NCBI GenBank assembly: GCA_045401155.1 | Contig: CP174360.1 | Span: forward strand, 419,079 to 483,078 | Source: Candidatus Minusculum obligatum | GTDB taxonomy: Bacteria > Patescibacteriota > Minisyncoccia > Phycocordibacterales > Phycocordibacteraceae | Direction of reading: 5' to 3' | DNA length: 64,000 bases | Translations under genes and position numbers: made by a program | The notes under the pieces: model-generated | What the model was told of the DNA's origin: nothing | The model's database searches: none | The model's input: only the letters and a program-made list of their open reading frames with translations | In this document: positions 19,423 through 28,947 of the stretch, in pieces | How the letters are laid out: every line of letters begins with the position of its first letter | Numbering within the stretch: the first letter of the stretch is position 1

Positions 19423-20649
19423 TTATGAGGCATTCACAGAAACAGTGATTTTCTCAGTATCTGTTGGGAAATTACTGCGCCAAAATGGTCGCAAAATAAG
19501 CTCTGCAGTATCAATTCCTGGGATATTGCTTAGCACGGTCTCAGCCGCATCACGGCTTTTTCCTGCAATCTCAGTCTTGATTTGATCTGCTGATACCTTC
19601 CAAACAATGTTTACACTTCCTTCAACACTTACAGTTAACTCATCCGCACTTACAAGCTCTCCTGCAGATGGAAGGTTGCTGACCATAAGTGTATTGGTAG
19701 ATCCAATAGTCACATTATCGTCGTCATAGCTTGCGATTGTCTTCTCTGCAATTGCTTTAGCAAGAAGGTCTGTTGGGAATACAAGGGCTACAGCGGTAGC
19801 CTTCTCTCGAAGTACTGCAGTACTTCCCTCACCTTCTCCATTTGATAGAGACTCTGGAATAAATGCTACAGAGTCACCAAGAAGTGTGAATCCACTTGGG
19901 ATCTGATCTGCAATCGTATCCATAAGATCATCCTTTAGCGCAGCTTGCATAGAGATACGTGTATTTGCTGCCTTTTCTTCACTTACCACTGGTCGATTTC
20001 CAATAAATCCTCCAGACATTGGTGTTTTTGCCTTTGCGTACAAACTTTCAAACTGTGGGGATCCTGCAAGACCTGGGATAGTGAAGTCTACAAGCCCTAC
20101 ATTGTAGTCAGCTCCTGCTTCATCAGCGTAGATAGTTACTTCTACAGTTCCTGGCTTTCCATCCTTCATTCCAGGAATCTCAACTGGCTCTTTTACACGG
20201 AAGATCTTTCCATCTGGAGATTCAAAGCGTGTATTAGTTACCCATCGCTGCGGTGTACTTGAGAACTCGTTGTATACAATCACGGTTCCGCTCGCTCGCT
20301 CGCTCACATTCTCGCTTCCATCTGCTGGTACCGACTGTGTTGCCACCTTTTCAATACGAACAATTTCAAATGGAAGAGGATCAGTTTCTGTACTTGTTGC
20401 AAACAAGTCAGTATTTACTGGCACCTCTCGCTCAAGTGGGTGTACTACAACCTTTGCACCTGCAAACATTGCCGCTACACCAACTCCCACGATAAGAGCT
20501 GCTACGATTATTAAAATTAGAGTGAGTAATGGTCGTCCTTTCTTACCATTATTAGACGGCTCATAGGTATTTACCGCAGGAACCGCTTCATCCTCTACCA
20601 TCCGACGACGTGATGGTGGAATGATATCTTCTACACGTTTTGCGCCCAT
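19423..20649 (-). CDS. hypothetical membrane-anchored protein (cytoplasmic N-tail, 1 TM, large extracytoplasmic domain)
   Basis: TM segment LLTLILIIVAALIVGVGVAAMFAGA; no known motif. Contains a (CGCT)4 tetranucleotide repeat at 20289..20304. Confidence 0.5.
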   Translation of the reverse strand: MGAKRVEDIIPPSRRRMVEDEAVPAVNTYEPSNNGKKGRPLLTLILIIVAALIVGVGVAAMFAGAKVVVHPLEREVPVNTDLFATSTETDPLPFEIVRIEKVATQSVPADGSENVSERASGTVIVYNEFSSTPQRWVTNTRFESPDGKIFRVKEPVEIPGMKDGKPGTVEVTIYADEAGADYNVGLVDFTIPGLAGSPQFESLYAKAKTPMSGGFIGNRPVVSEEKAANTRISMQAALKDDLMDTIADQIPSGFTLLGDSVAFIPESLSNGEGEGSTAVLREKATAVALVFPTDLLAKAIAEKTIASYDDDNVTIGSTNTLMVSNLPSAGELVSADELTVSVEGSVNIVWKVSADQIKTEIAGKSRDAAETVLSNIPGIDTAELILRPFWRSNFPTDTEKITVSVNAS

Positions 20650-20673
20650 ATGGCATGTAGTATATCACGGGTT

Positions 20674-21069
20674 TTATGAAGCAAGACTTTGGTCTAGGAA
20701 ATCCTTAAGAGCTTTTAGATTCCTTGTCTCTTTATCATAGTGATATGTTGGGATTCCTATAGATTTCGCACTTTCCACCGCTTCAGCATTATGCTCAAAA
20801 TACACAACATCGTCTTTTGAAAGATTGAGATAATCTAACATACGAACAAAGTATTCGGGATCAGCTTTTGTTGGGTTTTGATCTAGACTAAATACTTCAT
20901 ACGGCATATTTACTATCCCGAGACTTTCTCTTTGTTCAGGATTTGCATTTGTAAGAATAATTTTTTGATTTTGATATGTTTCGAGTAAGTCATAAAGAGG
21001 TTTGTAAACTCCTTCACCTTTTATAAAAAATGTGTGGACTGCATCTACTAAAATTGTCTTCATACGCAC
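20674..21069 (-). CDS. HAD-like fold protein (degenerate motif I; possibly non-catalytic)
   Basis: ILVDAVHT in place of DxDxT, a downstream ILTNA and acidic motif IV-like region; 131 aa. Confidence 0.35.
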   Translation of the reverse strand: MRMKTILVDAVHTFFIKGEGVYKPLYDLLETYQNQKIILTNANPEQRESLGIVNMPYEVFSLDQNPTKADPEYFVRMLDYLNLSKDDVVYFEHNAEAVESAKSIGIPTYHYDKETRNLKALKDFLDQSLAS

Positions 21070-22232
21070 TTAATCAATATTCTTACTATAGAACAATGCG
21101 AGAAGCCCATGGAACAGGTCTTTTTCACTCTCTCCCGTATACACCACATGGTCTGTAAGGTGTTGAGGTTTAAGGGTAATTACCGTAAATGGCTGATCCC
21201 CAAGTCTAAGCGAGTGCACGTCCTGTCGTTTAAGAATTTCAGCAAAAATATCTCGACATGAGAAGTCTGCAAGAATAAAGAATGTCTGCGGAAGCGCATA
21301 CTTTCTTGAAAGGTCCGCCAGCGCTGAAACGATAGATCTAGCCCAATCATCTTTTGCAGTACGTTCTGCACTTTTTACTTCTTCAACAGTCTTTGGATGT
21401 AGTGCTCCTGCACTTACTAAATCATTAATCTCTTCTGCAGGTACCGAAGAGCATGCCCTACCAATTGCCCTTGTTACTGAGTGCACACCCTCTAGTGCAG
21501 TTGCAACTCCCGTGAGCACCCCTTTCTTCACCAAAAGCAGATCTGTTGCCTCTCCAGTTACTACACCCGCCAAGAAATCTGGCTCATGTGGGAATAAATC
21601 GCGAAGCACTACATAATTTAATGCAGGAGAGCTCCACACCTTCATTGATTTCTTATTAAATGTCTTTCCAAGATGTGTTGTTATCTTGTCATATACAGAA
21701 ATAGGCACTGCACTTCCAAGACCGAGCACACTCATACGCTGCGCGCGCTTCCCAATTGGACTTTGTGTCTGATATCCATTAATAAGCACCTCAATAATAG
21801 AATGGTCTACAAGTACGGTGGTTGCAGGATCAATACCAAGCGCTCCCTCTATTTTCTTTTGTGCCTCTTCAAGATCTCCTTGGGTAATACGCTTACCTTT
21901 TTCAAATTTCTGCGTATGAGAGCGCAAGATAGTGCGCTGCCATGGAGAACCAATAGAAACCACCACATCATCTACATGACGGACACCACAAGATCTTGCA
22001 AGTGCTGCGGATCCCTCTGATTCAAATTTAGCGGTTAGCTCTTGAAGTCCTTTGTCTAAAAGACGAAGAAGTGTCTTGGGAGAGGCGTCCTCATGCACCG
22101 GAATTGGAATGCGGGTACTGTAGCAAATATACGGCGCTCTCTTTTTTGAAATACCGCATACGCTCCTCCAATTGAGTAACTCCCGACATCAATAAGAGCT
22201 ACGGTTGTGATATTACTTCGGCCAAATGGCAT
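21070..22232 (-). pseudogene. actin-like (ASKHA) ATPase, FtsA/PilM-like, disrupted by a 1-nt frameshift in an A6/T6 tract
   Basis: The main frame (21070..22098) has the phosphate-2/adenosine motif VVTGEATDLLLV plus STRIPIP..ASPKTLLRLLDKGLQEL. The phosphate-1 motif (MPFGRSNITTVALIDVGSYSIGGAYAVFQK) lies upstream in another frame, 22232..22059. The two frames join across the homopolymer at 22142..22147. Confidence 0.5.
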
Positions 22233-22259
22233 GATGTCTCTATTGTAGTATAGGTTCGC

Positions 22260-24098
22260 CTATTCTAGAACCGCTTTTATACGACGAATACCTGCAGAAC
22301 TTGCCTCTTCTTTTTTAATACGAAAATGTCCAAGCTCACTTGTATTTTCTACGTGTGGTCCACCACAAAATTCTAGAGAATAATCTCCAACTGAATATAC
22401 GCGCACCACATCCCCATACTTTTCTTCAAATAGACCGATAGCTCCACGCTTCTTAGCATCCTCAAGAGAAATATCTTCGTGTGTTACGGGCAGATTCTTA
22501 GCAATTTGCTCATTTACAATCTTTTCCACTTCAGCTTTTTCCTCATCCGTCATCTTCCGATCAAATGAGAAATCAAAACGAAGTCGCTCAGGAGTAATGT
22601 TACTTCCCTTTTGCATCACATCTTCTCCAAGTACGTCTTTGAGCGCTCGATGCAGCAGGTGTGTAGCAGTATGATACTTCACACTCATCTCACTGTTATC
22701 TGCCAGTCCTCCCTTAAATTTCTTCTCAGCTCCTTCACGAGACTTTGCCTGATGCTCTTCAAAGGCTTTTTTATATCCTTCTACATCCACATTCTTTCCT
22801 TCCTCTTGCGCAAGCTCAAGCGTAAGCTCAAGTGGGAACCCGTATGATGTAAAGAGTACAAATGCATCCTCTCCAGATATATCTCCCTCAATCTTAGAGA
22901 ACTGCTTCATTCCACCCTTAAGTGTCTTCCTAAACTTCTCTTCCTCTTCTTTAATTGCATTTAAAATTACATCCTCTTTATCCCCAAGGTTTGTGTAGTG
23001 ATCTTTATATACATCGATATATGGCTTAGCTAGCTCATGTAGGCTCCCTTCTGTAATAGAGAGTTTGTCTGCGTGTCGCACCGCTCGACGAATAAGACGT
23101 CGAAGAATATATCCCGCTTCTGTATTACTTGGCATCACGCCATCTCCGATCATAAATGTAGCTCCACGAAGATGATCCATAATCACACGATACGAAACCT
23201 CATTTCCTTCATAGGAAGTGCCTGAAAGCTCAGCAATCTTCTCCCGAGTTGGTGTAAATACATCAATCTTAAATACGTCAGGATCCCCAAGCGTTGCAGC
23301 AGTAATACGCTCAAGTCCTCCTCCAAAATCTACGTTCTTGCGAGGAAGTTTTCCAAAACCACCCTCTTCCTTAATGAATTCCATAAATACAGAGTTTCCA
23401 ATCTCAATGAAGCGACCTGAGTCACTATTTGGATGCTCCTCCATATCTTTATATGCAGGATCTGCAAACTCTTCTCCAAAATCATAAAACACCTCTGAAT
23501 CTGGCCCTCCCGGCTCGCCAACAGGCATGTTGTTTGGTGCTCCTGAACGACTCCACCAATTCTTCTTTGCATCGTAATAGAAGATACGTCCTCCCTGCAT
23601 GCCTTTTTTATATCCATCTTCCTCAGATCCAATATGGATATCTTTTGCTTCAATTCCTTTTGATGCAAAAAGCTCTTTCCAAATAGCTACAGACTCCTCA
23701 TCTTTATCAATACCATCTCCTCCCTCATATACCGTTACGTAAATACGATTTGGATCAAGTCCAAGCTCATCAGTCAAAAATGCAAAAAACCATGGCAGCT
23801 GCTCTTTCTTGAAGTAACTACCTAGAGACCAATTTCCAAGCATTTCAAAGAATGTGGTGTGTCGATTATCTCCAACCTCTTCGATATCATCCGCACGAAA
23901 ACACTTCTGCGAATCAGTTAGACGGTCCCCTTGTGGATGCTCTTTCCCAAGCAGATATGGCACAAGCGGCTGCATACCAGAACTTGTGAAGAGTGTTGTT
24001 GGATCATTTTCTGGAGTAATAGAAGCAGATGGAATAACCACATGATCTCTCTCACGTAAAAATTGTAGGTATTTTTCTCGTACTTCTTTTACTGTCAT
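22260..24098 (-). CDS. alaS: alanine--tRNA ligase, short form (catalytic + tRNA-recognition + editing domains, no C-Ala domain)
   Basis: Class II core (FTSSGMQP, GNWSLGSYFK), editing-domain HxxxH (HTATHLLH) and CGGPHV; 612 aa versus about 870 for canonical AlaRS. Confidence 0.93.
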   Translation of the reverse strand: MTVKEVREKYLQFLRERDHVVIPSASITPENDPTTLFTSSGMQPLVPYLLGKEHPQGDRLTDSQKCFRADDIEEVGDNRHTTFFEMLGNWSLGSYFKKEQLPWFFAFLTDELGLDPNRIYVTVYEGGDGIDKDEESVAIWKELFASKGIEAKDIHIGSEEDGYKKGMQGGRIFYYDAKKNWWSRSGAPNNMPVGEPGGPDSEVFYDFGEEFADPAYKDMEEHPNSDSGRFIEIGNSVFMEFIKEEGGFGKLPRKNVDFGGGLERITAATLGDPDVFKIDVFTPTREKIAELSGTSYEGNEVSYRVIMDHLRGATFMIGDGVMPSNTEAGYILRRLIRRAVRHADKLSITEGSLHELAKPYIDVYKDHYTNLGDKEDVILNAIKEEEEKFRKTLKGGMKQFSKIEGDISGEDAFVLFTSYGFPLELTLELAQEEGKNVDVEGYKKAFEEHQAKSREGAEKKFKGGLADNSEMSVKYHTATHLLHRALKDVLGEDVMQKGSNITPERLRFDFSFDRKMTDEEKAEVEKIVNEQIAKNLPVTHEDISLEDAKKRGAIGLFEEKYGDVVRVYSVGDYSLEFCGGPHVENTSELGHFRIKKEEASSAGIRRIKAVLE

Positions 24099-24099
24099 A

Positions 24100-24363
24100 T
24101 TAGAAAATAAGTAGTTCTAGTGCCCAAACCTCTAGAATATAGCCTATGATAATGAGCGCAAGTCCAAGGAAAATAACATATTTCTCTCGTCCGTACTCTT
24201 TAACCACTACAGAGTCAATTTGCTTCTCTTGAATCATTTTACTGTGCATCAAGAGTCCAGCAACAATCACAACAACCTTTCCAAGAAGTGAGAGTGTCAT
24301 TCCGATAAAAAGCAGTGAGGCCATTAGTGCCATTATGCACTGGTTGTCTGTTTCTTCAACCAC
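24100..24363 (-). CDS. small hypothetical membrane protein (2 TM)
   Basis: Two hydrophobic helices. The 5' end overlaps the pepF 3' end by 31 nt, so the true start may be an internal Met. Confidence 0.3.
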   Translation of the reverse strand: MVEETDNQCIMALMASLLFIGMTLSLLGKVVVIVAGLLMHSKMIQEKQIDSVVVKEYGREKYVIFLGLALIIIGYILEVWALELLIF

Positions 24364-26153
24364 TTTGCATACTTTTGCGCCATGTCCTCAAATGATTTTT
24401 TATTTGTTGCGATAGTTTCCTTGCCGTGCACTAGCTTGATTGAGGCATTAAGTTTTACAGGTCCCGCATGCTTTTTCACTTTCTCTAGTGTTTCTATGCG
24501 CTTCTTTGCTCGACGAATAACAGCAGGGGTTGTCATGGTAGAACCTTTAATAAAAGCTTTCGGTGAAAGTTTCTTTCCTGTTGCCATTTTTACAAATTCT
24601 GGGAATGTCTTTGATGCACCGAACTTCCAAACCTCAGCCATTTCTTTTCCAACATTTGGATTGTCTACAATATATCCATACTTTTTATAGAAATACTCTC
24701 GCCATTGCGTGAGCGCTAACTCAGCAAGCCCATATCCATGATACGCGCAGGCTGATTCAAATGAGTATATATGAGGAACGTTTAGCAAATGAAGTATCCC
24801 TCGATCTCGAGCTGAATAGTCTTTGGAAACATCTTTTGCAATTTTCTTTACCTTTGCTTCAGTTAGTTTTTTTGCTTCATACACTCTTTTTTCAAAAGTC
24901 ATTACAGATGAAATTCCCATCATGCCGAGAGGACGAAGCGGACTGAGCTTCTTCACAATACGCTCAAAGAGTTCTAGAGGATATGTTTCCCCTTTTTCAT
25001 TTTTTGCATATCGGGCGCTCCATTCAATAGAACTAAACATACTATCTAAAAACATACTCTGCGTTTCTGCCCAAGCAGTTGATTGTGGTGGGTACTCATG
25101 ATTTACACCCGCCTCAGTAATTTCACTATTTAATAGGTGCGCAGCATGCCCTCCTTCATGGAAAAGAGTGTTCATTCCTTCAGATCCGGCACCAATAGTT
25201 CCAGGAACTACATTACATGTAAAATTTGCAGTTCCATTTTTACGAACTCCGTTTTTATACCAAACAAGATCTGGCCAGTGGCAAAAACCATTACTATACT
25301 TACCTTTCCGATCTACAAGATCAAGCGTGAGCTTCCCCTTTTTATAATCAATACCAAGTGCCGCAAACGATTTACCCCACCATGTAAGCGCGTTTTCAAA
25401 CTGGTAGTACGGGTCTTCTTCTTTTGTGAAATCTCCAGAAAGTAAATAGCCTGTATTCCAAGGCTTCAAAAGGCCTGGAATGTCCTTTTCCATTTTTCGC
25501 AAATCTTCAAAAGCAAACTTAGTCTTTTCATATATTTCATCAAAAATGGCAAAGAGCTCTTCTTTTGTCATACCCTCTTCAGACATCACTTTGTATGCAT
25601 AAAAATCCTCATATCCTAACTTTTGCGCATACTGATTACGCAAATCAACAAGCTTCACATAATCTTCAAGTACTGACTCCGCCAGTTTTTCTTTTGCTTC
25701 AAAACAGGCTTTTCGTATGCTCTCCTCTGGACTTGTATGTATTAAATGACCCAACTTTGAAATTGATGCTTGAATAAACTTATTTGTTTTTGGGTCTATA
25801 TACCCCTCTTTTCTTGTTGCAAGTTTTTTATGGATTTTTGCCTCAAGTGCATCTATTCTCTTCTTTATAGAAAGAACCTCTTTAGGAGTTTGATACTTTT
25901 CAAAAAACCGAACCCAAAGCTTAAGGCGTTCTTTTTCAGACACATCTGCAACCTCTATCATTTCTTTTATTTTCTCAAGATGTTCTGGGTTTGAACGAAA
26001 AGCATCACGAACCTCAAGTGCTTTCTGCATCTTTTTGTTCACAGAATGATCACCCATATATGAGATCCAGAAGAGATCTTCATATTCTTTATGTAGCTTT
26101 GCGTATGTTTCGTTTAGATTATCTAGAAACGCTGTAATCTCCTTTGTATTCAT
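24333..26153 (-). CDS. pepF: M3 family oligoendopeptidase (PepF-like)
   Basis: Zinc site HEGGH ([10 protein letters not shown]); about 600 aa, helical M3B architecture. Confidence 0.85.
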   Translation of the reverse strand: MNTKEITAFLDNLNETYAKLHKEYEDLFWISYMGDHSVNKKMQKALEVRDAFRSNPEHLEKIKEMIEVADVSEKERLKLWVRFFEKYQTPKEVLSIKKRIDALEAKIHKKLATRKEGYIDPKTNKFIQASISKLGHLIHTSPEESIRKACFEAKEKLAESVLEDYVKLVDLRNQYAQKLGYEDFYAYKVMSEEGMTKEELFAIFDEIYEKTKFAFEDLRKMEKDIPGLLKPWNTGYLLSGDFTKEEDPYYQFENALTWWGKSFAALGIDYKKGKLTLDLVDRKGKYSNGFCHWPDLVWYKNGVRKNGTANFTCNVVPGTIGAGSEGMNTLFHEGGHAAHLLNSEITEAGVNHEYPPQSTAWAETQSMFLDSMFSSIEWSARYAKNEKGETYPLELFERIVKKLSPLRPLGMMGISSVMTFEKRVYEAKKLTEAKVKKIAKDVSKDYSARDRGILHLLNVPHIYSFESACAYHGYGLAELALTQWREYFYKKYGYIVDNPNVGKEMAEVWKFGASKTFPEFVKMATGKKLSPKAFIKGSTMTTPAVIRRAKKRIETLEKVKKHAGPVKLNASIKLVHGKETIATNKKSFEDMAQKYAKWLKKQTTSA

Positions 26154-26158
26154 GATTT

Positions 26159-26722
26159 CTATGATTGTAATAGTTCTTTCTCTTTTTTGAAAGTTTCTTC
26201 GTACAGCGCTATAAGCGCAGTATCTTCAAGCTTTCTTTTAAGAATATCTAGAACTTCCCCGTGATACCACAAATACTTCTCATGTAATAATCCAAGCTTT
26301 TCTACAAAGTCTCTTCCGTGTGTCTGATAAATACGATACTTAGACTGCATGTTGTGCACCTTGTCACAGGCTGCTATTAAAAGACCATACTGAGTGCCTT
26401 CTTCAAGCCTCTGCAAGTACGCATCTTTACGTCCTTTCCATGAAAAAATACTTTTTGGCTCACTTACATTCTCTACAAGAGTGCGCACATTCTCTCCAAA
26501 TAAATCCTCAAGCTCTTCATACGTCATATTTGTATCTTCTACGGTATCGTGCAAAAGAGCAGCAATAATGACATCTTCATCATCAATAAAATTAGAAACG
26601 AGGGCTGCAACAGAAAACACATGAGACACGTATGGAAGCCGATCGTGTTCCTTTCTGCGCTGTCCATCATGGTATTGCGATGCAATGCGAATTGCATTTT
26701 CTAAACGTAATGAATATGTCAT
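26159..26722 (-). CDS. HD-domain (p)ppGpp hydrolase, small alarmone hydrolase-like
   Basis: RelA/SpoT-type HD motifs: [13 protein letters not shown] and [13 protein letters not shown]. Confidence 0.7.
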   Translation of the reverse strand: MTYSLRLENAIRIASQYHDGQRRKEHDRLPYVSHVFSVAALVSNFIDDEDVIIAALLHDTVEDTNMTYEELEDLFGENVRTLVENVSEPKSIFSWKGRKDAYLQRLEEGTQYGLLIAACDKVHNMQSKYRIYQTHGRDFVEKLGLLHEKYLWYHGEVLDILKRKLEDTALIALYEETFKKEKELLQS

Positions 26723-27321
26723 ATAAACTGTTTTAGGACTTTGAAATCTTGTTTTAGCGTCTTTATAAGTTTCTGATTATAAATGGATGCAGCTGGATGG
26801 TATAGCGCCACTATGTTTATTTCATAATTTCCTGTATTTGCGACATGAACAGTGCCATGCAGATTAGATATTCCTTTTATATCTGTCTGTACACCATATC
26901 GTTTAAATAAATACTCCATTGCAAACCTGCCGAGTGTCACGATTACTTTTGGCTCTATTATCTCTATCTGACGATCTAAATACGGCGCATACCACGCAAT
27001 TTCTTCAGGAGTTGGGTCTCGGTTCTCTTGCGGACGATCTTTTACGATATTTGTAATGTATACAGACTCTCTTCTAAGAGAGATACCCCCTAGTAACTCA
27101 TCTAAAATCTTGCCTGCTCTACCGCAAAATGGACGCCCTGTTTCTGCCTCATTTTTCCCAGGAGCCTCCCCAACAATTACAATATCTGCATCTACGTCCC
27201 CCTCTCCAATAACAGGCACATATTCATTTTCTGTTCGATACTGATACAGCGGCGCATCTTGTGCACACAGGAGCTCATCTCGAATATTTTTTATCTTTCG
27301 TGTTTTTTCTTCGAGCGTCAT
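26719..27321 (-). CDS. udg: uracil-DNA glycosylase, family 4
   Basis: GEGDVDADIVIVGEAPGKNEAETGRPFCGRAGKILD is the family-4 signature. The start is placed at the MTLEEK Met, because the longer track ORF (to 27552) overlaps the upstream gene. Confidence 0.85.
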   Translation of the reverse strand: MTLEEKTRKIKNIRDELLCAQDAPLYQYRTENEYVPVIGEGDVDADIVIVGEAPGKNEAETGRPFCGRAGKILDELLGGISLRRESVYITNIVKDRPQENRDPTPEEIAWYAPYLDRQIEIIEPKVIVTLGRFAMEYLFKRYGVQTDIKGISNLHGTVHVANTGNYEINIVALYHPAASIYNQKLIKTLKQDFKVLKQFI

Positions 27322-27377
27322 GCATCTGAGTATACCAAAGAGAAAAGCTCTCCGAAGAGAGCTCTCAGTTCCAGCAA

Positions 27378-27869
27378 TTACGCTGGTGAAGGCACTTTTT
27401 TCTTGAACGTTGGTGGATTGTTTCTGCAGACAAGGAAGCCGTAGAGGGCCCAGACCGAGATGAAGCCAATTGGATCCATAAAGTCCGAAACACTTCTGTC
27501 TGAAGATATAAAAATTCTTATTGTCTCCAGCAAAATAAACACGGGATAGCAAAGACGTACGAAACGATCTATCTCGCTTGCTCTACTCTTCGGCGCAAAA
27601 CCTCCCTTTTCTTCTCTTTCAGATCTGCTCACTATGTGATTGATGAGGTTTGGTCCCCATATCACAAAAAGTGCACACACAATAAAAGAAACAATTGGGA
27701 TGCCTCCTTCTCGCAAAATGAGATATGTGTGGAACATTAACCCTGCGCCAAGAAGGCAGAAGGAAGCGACCAAGAAAAAAGTCTTGGTCACATCCATATA
27801 CTTATTTCCCCAGTCAACGATGCGCTGGAAAAAGTTGTCGATGATCCAATGATCAATTTTTTCAAACAT
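27378..27869 (-). CDS. hypothetical integral membrane protein (4 TM)
   Basis: Hydrophobic helices; no known motif. Confidence 0.4.
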   Translation of the reverse strand: MFEKIDHWIIDNFFQRIVDWGNKYMDVTKTFFLVASFCLLGAGLMFHTYLILREGGIPIVSFIVCALFVIWGPNLINHIVSRSEREEKGGFAPKSRASEIDRFVRLCYPVFILLETIRIFISSDRSVSDFMDPIGFISVWALYGFLVCRNNPPTFKKKVPSPA

Positions 27870-27921
27870 TTACTTCTCCAGTTCTGTTCTAGGAAAAACA
27901 TGCCTGAGAAAATACCTAATG

Positions 27922-28188
27922 TCAAATCGCACCCTCTTCTTCTAAAAGCTTTCGTTTCATTTCAGGACCTCCTCTGTTATATGCACCAATTTTCCCACCT
28001 GCATTAATTACTCGATGACAAGGAATAGTGGGATCATAATTATTTTTCATAATAGTCCCTACTGCTCGAGCTGCTCCTGGAGACCCTGCAACTTTTGCCA
28101 CCTCACCATATGAAAGTGTCTTTCCCTTTTTAATATTACGCACTACGTCTTGTACACGTTTCGTAAAATTACTTTTTGATTTTTCCAT
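27922..28188 (-). CDS. ogt: methylated-DNA--protein-cysteine methyltransferase (C-terminal DNA-binding/active-site domain only)
   Basis: Active-site PCHRVI and YGEVA helix-turn-helix region. The start is placed at the MEKSKSN Met; the longer track ORF overlaps the upstream nuclease gene. Confidence 0.8.
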   Translation of the reverse strand: MEKSKSNFTKRVQDVVRNIKKGKTLSYGEVAKVAGSPGAARAVGTIMKNNYDPTIPCHRVINAGGKIGAYNRGGPEMKRKLLEEEGAI

Positions 28189-28945
28189 CTTTATGTTTTT
28201 GAAGAAGTAATTTCCCTGCCTCCTCTCGATATGGGCAGTACTCACATAAAGGTCCTGGCTTTGGCACCTCATCACTATCTAATGTCTCTTTGATGTCCAG
28301 AAGCCTTTGCTCAATCCAATCTGTATTTCCTTCATACGTGATGATATCTACATCAAACTCAAGCTTTGCATCAAATGCCTCAAGATCTTTTTTTCCATTT
28401 ACATATACGAAGTATCCTGTATCTGAAACCTTGTGGCCATTTTGTCGAAGCAACCATTGGTATACGTCCATCTGTCGCTGGTACTGCTCACCCCACCGCC
28501 CCTCAAGCGTGGGCTTCTCTGCCTTTGAGGTAGCCTTGTAATCGACCACATGGAGCTCTCCGTCTTTGTTTACCCAAATATCATCAACTGCACCAAAAAT
28601 CTCAAATCCAGTTGGTTCATGGAAGTGCGTTACTCCGGTAAAATTCTCCCGCCAAACCTCCATGTCTTTATGTTGAAACGGAACCGCATCAATCCCGTAC
28701 TCCTTCATGAGCGGGTGTGTGGTCTCTTTTGCACGATGTAGATCAAACTCCTTCTTTAAAAGCGCATCGACAGCGATATTAAGCGTAAACCCTGGCATAG
28801 AAGGACGCGCTATCCCGTGGCGCTGATCTATATAAAAACAACGAGGGCATTCTCCGAAAAAATCTATCTTTGATCGAGAGATTCGATGTGTCTTTTTCTG
28901 CCCTGGAGTGTAGTTCCAATTCTTATGTCGTACTTTATATGCCAT
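28169..28945 (-). CDS. PD-(D/E)xK nuclease, Cas4/RecB-like, with CxxC...CxxC metal cluster
   Basis: RecB motifs I (FGAVDDIWV), II (HVVDYKAT) and III (QMDVYQWL), flanked by CPRC (N-terminal) and CEYC (C-terminal). Confidence 0.7.
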   Translation of the reverse strand: MAYKVRHKNWNYTPGQKKTHRISRSKIDFFGECPRCFYIDQRHGIARPSMPGFTLNIAVDALLKKEFDLHRAKETTHPLMKEYGIDAVPFQHKDMEVWRENFTGVTHFHEPTGFEIFGAVDDIWVNKDGELHVVDYKATSKAEKPTLEGRWGEQYQRQMDVYQWLLRQNGHKVSDTGYFVYVNGKKDLEAFDAKLEFDVDIITYEGNTDWIEQRLLDIKETLDSDEVPKPGPLCEYCPYREEAGKLLLQKHKDGKIKK

Positions 28946-28947
28946 AT

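Noticed and set aside
27322-27552. 77-codon N-terminal extension of the UDG ORF, and likewise a 29-codon extension of MGMT at 28189..28275
   Set aside because: The extensions overlap the upstream genes on the same strand and have no homology to UDG or MGMT N-termini; internal Met starts give canonical domain lengths.
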